Shown here piece after piece: positions 35,522 to 48,700 of a stretch of DNA of 64,000 bases. The DNA lies in the NCBI RefSeq assembly GCF_046119375.1, contig NW_027362771.1, positions 150,040,001 to 150,104,000 on the forward strand. Direction: 5' to 3'. The notes under the pieces were generated by a model. The model did not search any database, was not told the origin of the DNA, and worked only from the letters and a program-made list of their open reading frames with translations. This DNA is from Phyllobates terribilis. Taxonomy: Eukaryota. Position 1 is the stretch's first letter; every line of letters begins with the position of its first letter. Made by a program: the position numbers and the translations under genes.

Positions 35522-35715
35522 CAGTGTTTCCCAAACCCCAGTCCTCAGGGCCCCCACAGATCATGTTTTCAGGATTTCCTTAGTATTGCACAGGTGATGG
35601 AATTATCATCAAGGCATCAGAAATTGTCCCAGGTTCTCTCACCTCCACAATACTAAGGAAATCCTGAAAACATGATGTATTGGGGGGCCGTGAGGACTGG
35701 AGTTTGGGAACACTG
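35522..35715. mobile_element. hAT-type MITE in KICS2 intron 2, same family as 11983-12168
   Basis: TIR CAGTGTTTCCCAAAC / GTTTGGGAACACTG; TSD GGTTAACC / GGTTAAAC (7 of 8). Confidence 0.85.
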
Positions 35716-36286
35716 GGTTAAACCATGTCATTGTCAGCATGTTTTTGTGTAAAGTATCTTAACACCCAAACCTGTCATATTTTAAGCATCACCCAGAATC
35801 TGACAGTAAGATATCAAAGAATTTGTCTTATTTATTCAATGCTCTAATATGTAAGGCAGAAGTTCCTTTTTTTAAAAGGTCTTTTCCATTTTTAGAAAAG
35901 TGAACCCCAAACCATTCCAGTAATGTAAAAAAAAAATGTAGCCCGATTCCCTTCCACTGCCATCTTCCTGCCGCTGCTCCAGTTTCATCATTTTAGCCTC
36001 AATGGTGATTTGGCGTCGACAGCTCACATCACAGCTGCGGTTAGTGCTCAGTGGTTTGTGCCTTCTGCATCAGCAGAGCCCGCTGATATGTGATTGGCTG
36101 CAGCAGTGATCTGACTTGACGACATGACGTCACCACTGCAGCAAATACAGTGGCTGGAGCAGCAGCAGGGGAAGATGAAAGTTTAAGAACTGTGGACCCC
36201 AAAAGTGAAAACACCTTTAACTCTTTGTATGCTGCCTACGTTCTGCTTGAAGTAATCCATGCATTTTCTATTCTTTTGGTTTGTAG

Positions 36287-37097
36287 GTTTCACCATCCTA
36301 TATTGTCGCCTCTGGAAAATAGTTTCCAGCTCGAAGTTGATGTTCTTGTGCATCTTTTGAAGGCCCAGAGCCTAATATTTGAGTGGAAATTCCTCTTGTC
36401 CCTTGTTAATTTGCACAATGCTCATACTAAGCTACAAAGTTGGGGTCAGATATTTGAGAAACAGAAGGAGACCAAAAAACATCTCTTTGGAGGACAGTCT
36501 CAGAAAGCGGTGCAGCCACCACATCTTTTCTCGTGGCTCCTGAAATTTAAAAACATCCTGCTTGCCAAGTTTAGCTTTTACTTCCATGAAGCACTGAGTA
36601 GACAGACCTCTGAGATGAAGACCCTCACTGCTAAAACGAATCCGGATTACTTTGGAAAAATATCCAGCTTTATTAGAAAATACGATGCAGTCAACGTGTC
36701 CTTAATTTTTGATAACCGAGGATCCGAAAGCTTTCAGGGTCATGGCTATCATCATCCGGATTCTTACAGAGAAGCCCCAAAAGGGGTTGACCAATATCCT
36801 GCAGTGGTCTCGCTTCCAATTGAGAGACCCGCGGTTCATTGGCCAAATGTTATTATGATAATGACTGAAAAGAGTGCAGATCTAAACACTTTAGAAAAGG
36901 TTGTCCACTTCTATGATGATAAAGTGCAAAGTACGTATTTTCTGACACGACCTGAACCACATTTTACCATTGTGGTCATTTTTGATTCAAAGAAATCTGA
37001 GAAAGACTCCCACTTCATATCTTTTCTAAATGAGTTGTCTCAATCTCTGAAAACCTCCAGAGTATATGCAAGCTTAAAGCCGGGCTCAAAAAGTTAA
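36287..37097 (+). CDS. KICS2: KICS2 exon 3 (811 nt; [19 protein letters not shown]...ASLKPGSKS-stop)
   Basis: TTGTAG acceptor; open to TAA at 37095-97. Total CDS is 1425 nt (474 aa) from 31562 or 1329 nt (442 aa) from 31658. Confidence 0.97.
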
Positions 37098-37606
37098 ACC
37101 TGGAGTGCAGTCTAGTATTGTAAAAAGGTAAATTCAAACCCATAGTTGTATCCCTTTTATTGACTTGGCAATTCCTTTGCTTCCCCAGATATCAGATTTC
37201 TCCTCTACATTACTAAAGCTGGCCATACACATTAGATGAACTTGAGCAGAACTGGCTTCTCATCTAATGCATATAGCAGTCTCTCAATTGCATATTCTGT
37301 TAGAAAGAAAAATCTGGCATGGGCTGGCTTTCAACATGCCTGATCCTTTGCAATAGGTGTCTAGCATCAGCTTAGTCTTCTCTTTCCAATTTAGCACACA
37401 TAAAACAAGCATTTGACTAACTGCTTTTTAAGGGTTTGTGCACACGACTTCTTTTTCAGGCGGGTAACCCAACTGAAAGTGCTCAATAAATGAGCTCCAA
37501 TCCTGAGCAGCCATCTTGCAACCGCAACTTCTGACTGACCGGAAGTCAAAGGTACCGGTTACCTTAGTGTAAGTCTGAGAGCCTTGTTCTGACTCTTATA
37601 GACTTA

Positions 37607-38325
37607 GGCCGGTTTCACACGTCCGGATATTTCTGGTACTGGAAAAATCGGTACCGGAGATGTCTGTGTGTGGCAACAGTGTGCTGCATCAGGATCACAC
37701 GGACGGCGCCTGGGAATCAATGCTACAGTTAGCGCTGTTCCCAAGCGCCGGTGCTGAAGACTGCCCTCATCATGGTTCCCTGCCGGTGCTGATGGCACCA
37801 TGATGAGGGTAGTGGTAGACTGATCCCGCAGTGTCTCCTAGGTGTCCCCCGCTGTAATCCATGCGACTGCTGCTGCAGAGGAGCCGGGGAGAATGAGCAA
37901 CTCTGGAGCTGCTGCTCAGGAGCGGTGTGCTGTCACTCACTAAGGATTTTATTATTTTATTCTTATTTTTACAGGTGGGAACACTGTGGGCTCAGACTAC
38001 CACTACTCTCATCATGGTCCCTGCTGGTGCTGATGGCAGCATTGACAGGGAACCATGATGACGACGGTGTTCAGCGCTTGGGAACAGCGCCAACTGTAGC
38101 TCTGATTCCCAGGCGCTGGTCCGTGTCACACTGATGACACATGGATGTCATCCGTGTGTGTTCAGCGTGAGGCACTTCTGGGGACCGTGTATCCGCGAAA
38201 AAAACTGACTTGTCTCCGTGTGGAGAACACAGACACACGGTCCGTCAAAACACACTGAGATGTGCACAGACCCATTCATTTGAATGGGTCTGCGTGTGTC
38301 AGTGTCTCCGGTACGTGTGGAAACT
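37607..38325. mobile_element. Harbinger-type foldback MITE downstream of the KICS2 stop codon
   Basis: TTA|GGCCGGTTTCACACGTCCGG left end; CCGGTACGTGTGGAAAC right end; long internal inverted arms at about 37705-37835 and 37980-38118. Confidence 0.65.
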
Positions 38326-40953
38326 ATCACCACTCGTACCGGAGATACTGCCTTGTGGAAGATCCCTTACGTTGAATTGTGACTTTCCCAATTGGCCAGC
38401 AAACACTGGAGCGGTCTGGCAGGTCACAAACTGCTGGAGACTGACCGGAGCTGGGAACAGCTGAAGACGTATAAGACTAGGGGCAGAGAACTTAGATTAG
38501 TAGCACCACTCCACTGCTGTAATAAAAAAAAAAAAATGAAAAAGCCTCAGGAGTGTTTAAAAAAAAATAATGACCTGACTATTCTGCAGGCAGCTTCTGC
38601 TTGGAAGCCACTCAATATGTTATACATAGATGTTTAAAAAAACAACAGAAAAGACACTCTAGGAAAAAGTGTGTACCACAGGCAGTGTTTTTTCCTGAAG
38701 CATATTCTGCTTGAAAAACTTAACAGGTATGCTGATGTCTAAAAGGCGTTGTGTGCACATACCCTAAGGTGATGGCTAGCTTTACACAATAACCTGCACA
38801 TTCGTCCAATCAGACTAGGCATGTGTGTGGTAGAGCCGGTTTTGCTAACCGCTTTCAGCCTATAGGCTTAGTCATCTGTTGCCAGGAGCCAATTTTATGC
38901 GGCGCATATAGGAAAATATTATCTATAAAGGGCACATTTAAAAAAAAGATATACTAAAGTATTTGTGCCTTTCCATATCTTGTAAGTTAGTGTCTGGCCT
39001 TGCTTTAGTGGCTTACAGGAGGGGGGGTTTGGTTTGCCTTTTTCCTTCTCATTGCTTTATCAGGGAATGAGCCATGGATAATTTCCTACATACTAGAGGT
39101 GGATCCCCAAAGCTCCGCAGAGCTGCCCAATGCAATACATCATCCAAAGAGACATGTACATTCACACTAGTCAGTTATGTGGTAACTGTCTTTATGGTTC
39201 ATAGTGTCGTCTTTTTATACACTATATGATCCTACCAGGATGGGGGCGAAAAATGTAAAACTGTTTACTATTGTGGTAAAGTCAAAGCGACATGCTGGCA
39301 GTGATGTAGCCCAATTGTTGTGTACGTTATACACCTTTCAGCTTGATTGATACATTTGATTCTTGTGTTCTACTGAATCGGCAGTGGCCTTGTGCTAAGG
39401 CATTGCATATTCCTATTACTTGCTGAGGCCATGTTCTAGGGGTGAGTAGCCTCATTCCTGTCCACATGTCTGCAGGACAACTGACTGGATGACCAGGGAC
39501 ATGTCCTTTACGGGTACATCCATGAGTGCATTGAGGAATATAGCGAGGCAAAATTGTGTGACTGCTACATTGCAAGGTGAGGCTATGCCTATATGGCCAA
39601 AGGTAAACCAGTCCATTATCCTGCTATGTGTGAGCGGAAAGGCTGAGGGTACACTACCCCTTTTACTGTCCTACAAGTCGGCTGAGCATTCGAGTGTGAA
39701 AAAATGAAGCACAATGTGAGTATCTGTATATTAGCAGCAGAAAATGGTGCAATTACTATAAAAATAAATGACTGTACGCAACCAGTATTGTGGAACATTG
39801 TTTTTAAAGTTTCTATATCTTTCTACTGATGACTACTACTGGTAGCTGCTATCTCCGTGCAGGAAACGCCGCCTCTTAATTTATATATTTATGTTTTTGT
39901 GACTGGAACGACTCTGCGAAAACTGGCTTGTGGCCTTAGTTGGGCGTCCACATAAAACAGGTCTTTCCAACAAATATTGTATATTTTTACGCGATGCTTT
40001 AAAAGCAATTGTATTGGTTCTAAATCCAGGACTATAACAAAAACTATATCTTTTTCAGATCTGTTGGTTTTTACATTTTGATACTGCTCATGTGAAATAT
40101 ACATTCTTGCAATATGTTAAAAATTGAACGGGTATAAACAACTGCACTAATGGAGAGGTGTAAGAAAATGTATGCTGCTGAATTAAAATCAATTTGCAAA
40201 CTCGTACTGTTAGAGCCTTTATTTTATGGACACTGCTCTTTGTTTGTTTTTTATCTTTGATGTCCTTCTTTACTATTGTGTCTGTGCTCCGCTTACAGGA
40301 ATTTTTCAGGTAAAACAAAAAAAGCCAAATGTGGCTGTGCACCAGCTTTACTTCAATACCTTTTTCTTTTCTTATTTTTTTTGGTATTTGCCTTTAATAA
40401 AGTTTTGTCAATGTAATCTTTGTGGATTACGAGCCCTTTTGATGAGTTTTTGTTGTGGAAACACATGTACTTTTGTTAATTTTCCACATCTAATGCAAGT
40501 CTGTGGGGAAAAATCCGCACATAAAACTCAGCGTACTCGAGGAATTGACATATTGCAAATTTGAAATATGCACCGCAGGTCAGTTTAAGTGGTCATGAGA
40601 TTTCTATAAAACCCATTCACTTTGTTGGAATTGTAAGACACTGCGTTCAAAACGCAGCATCAAAAAGTCACCGTGGCCACACAACCTAAAACTACGGGAA
40701 TCCTCTAGTCATGGATATGTCTCATAGAATTCTTCTTTAAATGGCCACATACCACCCCTTCTGTCACAAGTACAGTATGCTTTTTTGTTTGTTTTGTTTG
40801 TTCCTCCAAAAAAAAAAATCTTTGCCATTTATCAAAGAAGAAGCTAACTATCTGTAAGTGAAGAGACCCTGTCCATGAGGCTAAGAGGGAACTCTGTCCT
40901 AGACATCTAAGCTGAACCAACCATGAAATAGACACAGTTTCTCGCATCAGCTC

Positions 40954-41087
40954 NNNNNNNNNNNNNNNNNNNNNNNNNNNNNNNNNNNNNNNNNNNNNNN
41001 NNNNNNNNNNNNNNNNNNNNNNNNNNNNNNNNNNNNNNNNNNNNNNNNNNNNNNNNNNNNNNNNNNNNNNNNNNNNNNNNNNNNNNN
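40954..41087. other. Assembly gap (134 N)
   Basis: Run of N in the sequence. Confidence 1.
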
Positions 41088-41271
41088 ATTGGGAAAAACA
41101 GTTCTAGCAAGTGTGGACTGATACATTGTATAGTTTTATGACTGAGGATGCAATGTCATATTTACTAGATGGAAAATTTGATAGAATCTGTTGCTTTAGA
41201 AGAAAGAGTAGGTAATTTACATTATCTAAGAAAATCTTGAATAAGCTTTTTCCTCTTTAAAGGGTCATTAA

Positions 41272-41823
41272 AAGGTGTTTTTTCCCACGAACAAAAGTTA
41301 ATTTTATTCAATAAGATTTTAGAATAATAAGTTCCACAATTGGATGTGTTCAAATAAAACTAGCTATTGAACCCTTTCTACGCGCGGGCGGTGAGCATCA
41401 TTATTGGTACATTTCCGGCGCCGTGGTGTTTTTTTTTTTTGTTTTGTTTTTTTTTAAGACACTGTGTGAATTCGTATATACAGTATCTTCAATTAAATGT
41501 TTCTGGAGATCGCGGTATGTACACGTGCTGACTCCGGCGCCATTTTATTGAAGTAATGTACTACAACGTCAACACAGCAGTCCGCATGCACCACCGATCA
41601 CCATTATCCCCATGGCCGGCGCGTGCGCACTGCTATGCTGATGTTGTAGTACATTACTTCAATAAAATGGCGCCGGAGTCTGTGTGTGCACATACCATGC
41701 TATCCGGCGCCATTTTATTGAAGACACTATATATACAAATTTGCAGACACAGGGTCCTCCAAAAACAATGGAGTCGAATAGAGTGGGCCGGAGCCATTTT
41801 ATTGAAGTATTGTTCTACAAAAT
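41272..41823. mobile_element. Probable TTAA-type MITE containing a long hairpin and repeated GCCATTTTATTGAAG motifs
   Basis: Starts after TTAA with AAGGTGTTTTTCCCACGAAC; 52-bp inverted arms at 41530-41581 / 41629-41680. Confidence 0.5.
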
Positions 41824-42019
41824 TAAGTGGAACCTGTCACCAGAAGTAACTCTGTTACTGTGCAGGTAAATAGCATTGGGCCAGCTGTCAGTCAGGGTCG
41901 GTCGGCGATGTGGTTACAGACGCTGCTCTGTATACTCAATGATTGAAACTGCGCCGCCCCCACACCCCACCTGATCCCATGACTCAAACCAAATGCAGGC
42001 AGGAGAATAAAGTTTATTT

Positions 42020-43209
42020 TTTCTAATCCCCTCCATGACTGCACCACAGGAGGTTGCCCGCCCATCCTAATTAGGAACAGGAAACACAAAAGGTTGAAAT
42101 AGCCCTCCCTCCATCCTCAGTATTTTTCCTGTCCCTAAGGGATGAAGAGGTTTGTTTCTGAGTGCGGTGGCCAGCAAGCAGTCTTTCCATTTGTGTACCT
42201 CTAAGCTGGGCAGCCTGGGATCGATTGTTCTGTACCTTCCTTCCCTGCGCTGCTCCAGAGTAGGACCGCACCATCCTCCTGAGCCGCATGATAATGCTAG
42301 ATGGTGGCCGCCTGTAGCACCCCAGCAGAGTTTATCATCTCCCCTCTCTCTTGGCAGGCAGGGAGGCGCGACATCACTGCTGGATGTGTTCCATGATTAA
42401 ATGCACTGCCATTTTGGTGGGAAATTTGAATTTTAGACCGCAAAAAGGCGCCCAAATGAACAAGGCCTGTCAAAGAGGGGAGATCTCATCCCATTGGATG
42501 AGGAAAGCGCTAGGTCACGGTTTCCTGGATAAAAGGACCCTGACTGCAGACACCATTAGGTGGGACTGAGGTTCTAATTCAGGTATCTTCACTTAGAGCT
42601 GCATCTGCAGAGCCCAACGCAATCCCTAGCCAAGTGAGTATACTTAGAAAGGGTAGGTCCTTTTGGTGCAGGGTCCATCCTTATGGCATCCCCCCTTTTT
42701 CTTTTAGCGAGACAAGGATCCTACGCCAAAGTCTAAAGATAAAACTGCAAGTTGCAAGTGTGCCATTTGCAATAAAAAGCTTCCATCCACCCACAAAAAG
42801 GCGTGTACGGAGAAAATCATCCTAGCGGAACAACCCTCTTTGATGGATGAAGTTAGAGGGATAGCGCGACAGGAGATCCAATCGTCCTTAGCCACCTTCT
42901 CCCAATCTTATATAGGGGGTCCCTCAATGTCAAAAAAGAGGAAATACACCCCAGAAGATAGCTCAGACTCGGAGGTGGAAATATCAGTTTTTGAAGAATG
43001 GTTTAAGGAAGGTGAAAGATGCAGAACATGATGATAAAAAAATATATATTTTCTTTGGCAGATATGGAGGAGCTATTACTTGTTCGGAATGCCATGGGAG
43101 TAGAAAAAGAGAAAATGCCCCACACAGTCCAGGATGAGATGTGAGATATTTGGGGGTTTAAGACCAAGAAAGAAAATGGTGTTTCCCATCCATGACAACA
43201 TTCAGAATC
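42020..43209 (+). mobile_element. 5' fragment of a second DIRS1-type element (terminus plus decayed gag)
   Basis: TTTCTAATCCCCTCCATGACTGCACCACAGGAG...ACAGGAAACACAAAAGGTT resembles the terminus of the first DIRS. Gag remnants CAICNKKLP, MEELL, QDEM..FGGLRPRKKMVFPIHDNI are homologous to 21117-20351. Cut off by a Tc1 at 43212. Confidence 0.75.
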
Positions 43210-43211
43210 TA

Positions 43212-43595
43212 CAGGTTCATCTCACTAAATTAGAATATCATCAAAAAGTTAATTTATTTCAGTTCTTCAATACAAAAAGTGAAACTCATATATTTTATAG
43301 AGTCATTACAAACAGAGTGATCTATTTCAAGTGTTTATTTCTGTTAATGGTGATGATTATGGCTTACAGCCAATGAAAACACAAAGGTCATTATCTCAGT
43401 AAACTTAATTAACAAAAAACACCTGCAAAGGCTTCCAAAGTGTTTAAAAAGGTCCCTTAGTCTGTTTCAGTAGGCTCCACAATCATGGGGAAGACAGCTG
43501 ACTTGACAGATGTCCAGATTGCAGTCATTGACACACTCCACAAGGTCCCAGAGTTCCAATTTTCATTTGGAAATCAAGGTCCCAGAGTCTGGAGG
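43212..43595 (+). mobile_element. Tc1-like fragment (left TIR plus transposase start, internally deleted)
   Basis: TA|CAGGTTCATCTCACTAAATTAGAATATCATCAAAAAG; MGKTADLTDVQIAVIDTLHK from ATG 43485. Confidence 0.7.
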
Positions 43596-43758
43596 TCACC
43601 GGGTTTTCCTGCAAGTCTTTCTGACGAAGTCTATTAAAAGTGCGTTGCCAGGACCTCAATGTGAGAAGAAGTGTGTGTGAGGAGCTCCTGCTGAGCTGAA
43701 CACAATAGAGGCATAGAAGAGGCAGAGTGCCGGCATTTTCACCTCAATTACAGCACAC

Positions 43759-45151
43759 ATGGGGCCACGACTTGCTAGGACACCGGCATCCACTCCAGGG
43801 CCAGTGATAGCGACCGCACTGGACACCTTTCTTCAGAAGGACTCAGCACCTCATGGTGTCCCGCAGCCATCTTGGCTGGAACAGACCGGGCTGCAGTGGC
43901 CTCAGACAGAGCACAGAGGTGAGGGGAGTGGGAACCAATCTCAGCTTGCGGCCCCTGCTGATGTGGATTTGCAGGGGCACCTAACAGCAAAAAGCCAAGG
44001 CAGTGCTGTGAGAGTCGTCTCCTCTGCAAATAAGACTGTTACAGGTGCACATCAGAGCCCCCCTCCCCCTCCTCCCCACAGACAATTGCACAGATAACAG
44101 CATGTGCTGCTGATCATCCCCAGCCCCCATCAGAAGACGGAGAGGCAGCCGGGGAGACTGAGGGAGAGGGGAATATTTTCACTGCCCATGGTAAAGGGGG
44201 TGGAGACTTGTCCTCTTCCCCTGGCTGTACTGAGGATGAATGGGGGGTTGGGAGCCTGCAGTCCTGTGCCCCTGCATGGCAGAGTTACCTAGAGCATTTA
44301 CCCTCCAAGACAGACTTCAAAAACCTTATAAAGGAAGTCAAGGATACCTGCAGGTCAGAGTTTGCTTGTGTGAGACAAGACCTGAGGCACTTGGCAAATC
44401 GTATAGAAATACTGGAGGATGATCATAATACTACTAGAGCTCATGTAACCAAACTACAACAAGTGACCACCCAGCAAAAATCAGTGATGCAGGATATGCA
44501 TGCCCACATTGAAGATCTTGATAATAGGGGAAGAAGGAGCAATATACGGGTGAGGGGTCTCCCCCAGTCGGAGGGGGTGGAGGATCGCAAAGCTATACTT
44601 CAGGAGATCTTTAACTCTATCCTGGGTGATAGCCTGCCTCGATCAAATTTGATAGAGCTAACAGAGCCTTGAAGCCAAAAGGTACTACAGCAGTTCCGAG
44701 GGATGTAATATGCTGCTTGCATGACTTTGAGCTGAAAGAAAAGATAATGGCCAAGGCATGGGCCCAGAAAGCCATAAAGTATAGGGGGGCGGACATCCAG
44801 CTCTTCCCGGACCTGTCTAGAATTACCCTGCAGAAGAGAAAGCATCTTAAACCTCTGCTCAGCATGCTCCTGGATAAGAAGATTCCCTATAGGTGGGGCT
44901 TCCCCTTTGCTTTAATGGCTCGCAGTGATGGGGTGTCGGCAGTGCTCCGCTCTATGGGGGATTTGGCCAAGTTTTGTGGGGACCTCCAACTAACAGCACC
45001 GAACATTCCGGAATTGGACTATCTTCTCCCCCCGGAGGCTCCACCTCCCGTATGGCAAAAGGTGGGGAGGCGGGGCAAAGAGGGAAGGACACCTCGCAGG
45101 CCTGGAGAGCAGGGCCCGCCCTCTGGAGTGCATAAGAATAACTATGGTTGA
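43759..45151 (+). pseudogene. L1 ORF1p, frameshifted
   Basis: Coiled-coil region, then IEDLDNRGRRSNIRVRGLP and PRDVIC...IQLFPDLSRITLQKRK (Transposase_22-like); broken near 44100-44270 and at 44670. Confidence 0.8.
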
Positions 45152-45794
45152 CTGTAAAACCCGGAGCATAAGCGGCTTCGCTTAAGTGTTTACTTTTTGT
45201 CTTTATCGCTCTTTTTCACTTACAAGCCGGTACTCGACGTCAAGTTCTGAAATACTTATGTTTGATATTTTTCTATGCCTTAAATGAATGAATATTTTAA
45301 AGTGTCACTTTGACAACCTGTTTATAAATGCTCAGTGGGGTTCCTTGGGTTTCTGGACAAGGATTTTGGTTATTGTTTCTTCTCACAGGACGGTTTTTTT
45401 TCCCTTTTTCTGGACTCCCTCCAATATATTTTTCCAAAGGGTTGTTGGACAGCAAGGACATTGTGATTTCCCTTAACTGCATAGTACGTTTTTGAAACTT
45501 AGTGGGCTCACCTTGTGCCACGATAACAACCCTTCTCCAAGAATTACTCTTAGGAAAATTGTTCTGATCTGTTTTGATATTTGTACATGTTTTCTCTTTA
45601 TGTTAGTTTGCTTCAGTCTGTGTCTCCCCCGCATCCCACTGTCTTTCCCCTCCCTCCTTTTTAGCTTTTCTTTTCCTTATCAAGAGAGCAGGGGTCATTC
45701 ATGAAGCTCCATGGCAGGTCATTATGGGGCGGGAGGCTGCAACGATTGTCAGTGAGTATGATTATAAGCAGTAGGTCACCTTTTCTCACTAGCA

Positions 45795-48700
45795 ATGGTT
45801 AAGTTGATCACTTTCAATGTAAAGGGGCTTAATTCCCCTAGAAAAAGAAGGCTCACACTGCAGGAGTTGAAGGCTCAGAGAGCGGACATTGCCTTTTTAC
45901 AGGAGACCCATTATGACCGGAGTGGGACGTTTAGATTTGCGGCCCATCATTACCCTTCTGCCTACTCTGCCTATAATAATAATAAAAAGGATGGAGTGGC
46001 CATACTTATATCATCTTTATGTCCAATTCAAATCTCTAAATCTCATGAGGACCCGGCAGGTAGATTCTTGATACTTGAGGACTTTTTTTAGGGCAAAGCA
46101 ATAATATTGTGCAACATTTACGCCCCAAATTCGGGCCAAATACCCTTTATTCGCAAGGTTCTAACTAGCCTTCGACTGCTGCAGCCTGGGGCATTGTTGG
46201 TGAGGGGGGGGCTTTAATATCCCGTTCTCAAAAATAAATGATAGGCTTGCTTTGAGGGGGAACCCGCCATCTGCTGGTTTGTCCCGATTATCATTGGAAT
46301 TTAGAAAATTGATCCGGGCAAATTCCCTTTTTGATATGTGGAGAATAGATCATCCCAAAGAAAAAGCTTACACTTTTTATTCAAATCCGCATCAGACTCA
46401 TACCAGAATAGATTACTTTTTTGCTAATATTGTCACACTTAGAATGCTAGAGAATGTGGAGGTGGGGTCCATAACATGGTCGGATCCTGCGCCGGTAAAA
46501 TTAAATTTAAAGTTGGGTCTCAGTTCCTCCAGAGCCTGTCACTGGCGACTGAATGAATTTCTGGTAAAGGATCCCTGTATTCAAAAATCTTTATCAAATC
46601 ATTTAACCCAGTATTTTGAACTAAATTTGGGATCTGTGCCCTCCCTTCCTATTTTGTGGGAAGCGCATAAGGCGGTAATAAGAGGGTGTTGTATTGCAGA
46701 GGGAGCGAGGCTTAAAAAAAATTCAAGGCAACTTTTCTCGAATCTTAATTCTCAGATTCGCCTTCTGGAACGTAGATTTGCCTCTTCTCCGTCGACTGGG
46801 ACTCTGAGGAAGCTGTTGGCCACTAGGGACAAATTGAAGGATCTCTCCATCTGTAAAGTGGAGAAGATGCTTGTATTTTCAAAACAGAGATATTATGAAA
46901 AAGGGAACAAGGCCCATACCCTGTTGGCTAGGCAATTGCAGGATCGCTCTGTGGCCGTGGCTCCTCAGGCTCTTAGAGACGATGAGGGAACTACCATCTA
47001 TGACCCGGGGGAATTGTCAAATATCATTTATAAATTTTATAAGAAATTATATAATCTTCAGGACCCACTGGCAGGCAATCCAGAATATAGGCGATCAGAG
47101 ATAGACAGCTTTTTTCGGAGGATTAGTCTGCCAGTTCTTTCAAGGGAGGCACAAGAGTCCCTTAACAAACAGATCACTCTTGGGGAATTAACTGACGTTT
47201 TGAAAGATTTGCCCCTGGGTAAGTCACCAGGCCTGGACGGTTTGACCTATCTATATTATAAAACTTTTGCGGATATACTACTCCCCTATATGGTTGACCT
47301 TTTTAACTCCTTCCTGACGGGAACCCTGATTCCTAGCTCGCTGTCTCATTCATATTTGGTGTTAATTCACAAGGCTGGTAGAGATCCCCTTGACTGCGCC
47401 AACTATAGGCCCATAGCCCTCTTGAACTCGGATTTAAAAATATTTACCCGTCTCCTTGCAAATAGACTGAATGTCTGGCTTACGCACATGATTCATAAGG
47501 ATCAGGTGGGGTTTGTGCCCTTCAGGCAGGGAGGAGACAACACAAGGAGGGCTGTGGACCTGGTGGATGTGGTCAATAGGAATAAGTCTCGGGCGCTTCT
47601 CCTCAGTCTTGATGCGGAAAAGGCTTTTGATCGCCTTAAATGGCCCTTTATGTTTGAGACAGTGAAGACTTTTGGGATATCAGGTGCTTTTCTAACAGCA
47701 CTAAAGGCCCTTTATTCTTCTCCCACGGCGTCCATTAAACTTCCCCATTGTGTATCACCCAGTTTCTCTATAGCAAATGGTACAAGGCAAGGCTGTCCTT
47801 TATCCCCACTCTTGTTTTCCATGTGTATCGAGCCTCTAGCGGCAGCAATAAGAGTTAATCCTGACATATCGGGGGTGGAGGTAAGTATTTAAAATTTCCC
47901 TATTTGCAGACGATGTGCTACTGACCCTCACGAATCTGCATATCACCCTCCCTAATCTTAAAGTGACACTTCGGGAATATGGCATGATCTCAGGATATAA
48001 AATTAATTCTAAAAAAACAGAGGCACTTCCACTAAACCTTCCCCATGAAGAATTAGATCATCTTAAGCTGAATTACAAATTCCGGTGGAAGTCAGAGAGT
48101 ATCAAATATCTGGGGATTAACATAACGTCAGACTATGGGACCCTGTTTGCTCATAATTTTCCACCCCTTTTTAAAGAATTGAAGGGTCTTATGGTCAAGT
48201 GGGCCAATCTTCATATCTCATTTTTGGGGCGTATATCGGCGGTGAAAATGTCCCTTATTCCTAAACTCAACTACTATTTTGAAACTCTGCCAGTTGGGGT
48301 TCCTATGGGGGAGTTGAGGGCTCTCCAATCCTGTATAATGAAGTTTATATGGAATAATGGGAGGCATGGAATCTCCAAGCAGGTACTGATCTCGGGGAGG
48401 GAGCAAGGGGGGTTATCGGTCCCGGATATGGTTAAATACTATTGGGCGGCTCACTTGAGAAGGATTACCTCGTGGTCATCCCTTTGGGCATATAATAAGT
48501 GGACAGAAATTGAAAAATTATGGATAGCCCCAGTTCATCCGAATTCACTACTGTGGTCTGAGAAATCTGTTAAACTCCAAACCACTTTACTGGGCCCTAT
48601 GCAATTCACTAGAGACATATGGGACACCTGTAGGAGGAGATTTCCTCTTTCTTCTAAACACTCCCCGATGATATCGTTTGTCTTTCAGCCTTTGCTCCCT

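Noticed and set aside
36150-36286. N-terminal 45 aa of the 315-aa ORF
   Set aside because: Intronic read-through upstream of the TTGTAG acceptor; homology starts at RFHHPILS.
40690-41250. Possible DIRS recombinase and L1 RT scraps flanking the N gap
   Set aside because: Only short, frameshifted resemblances by eye; cannot be supported without a search.
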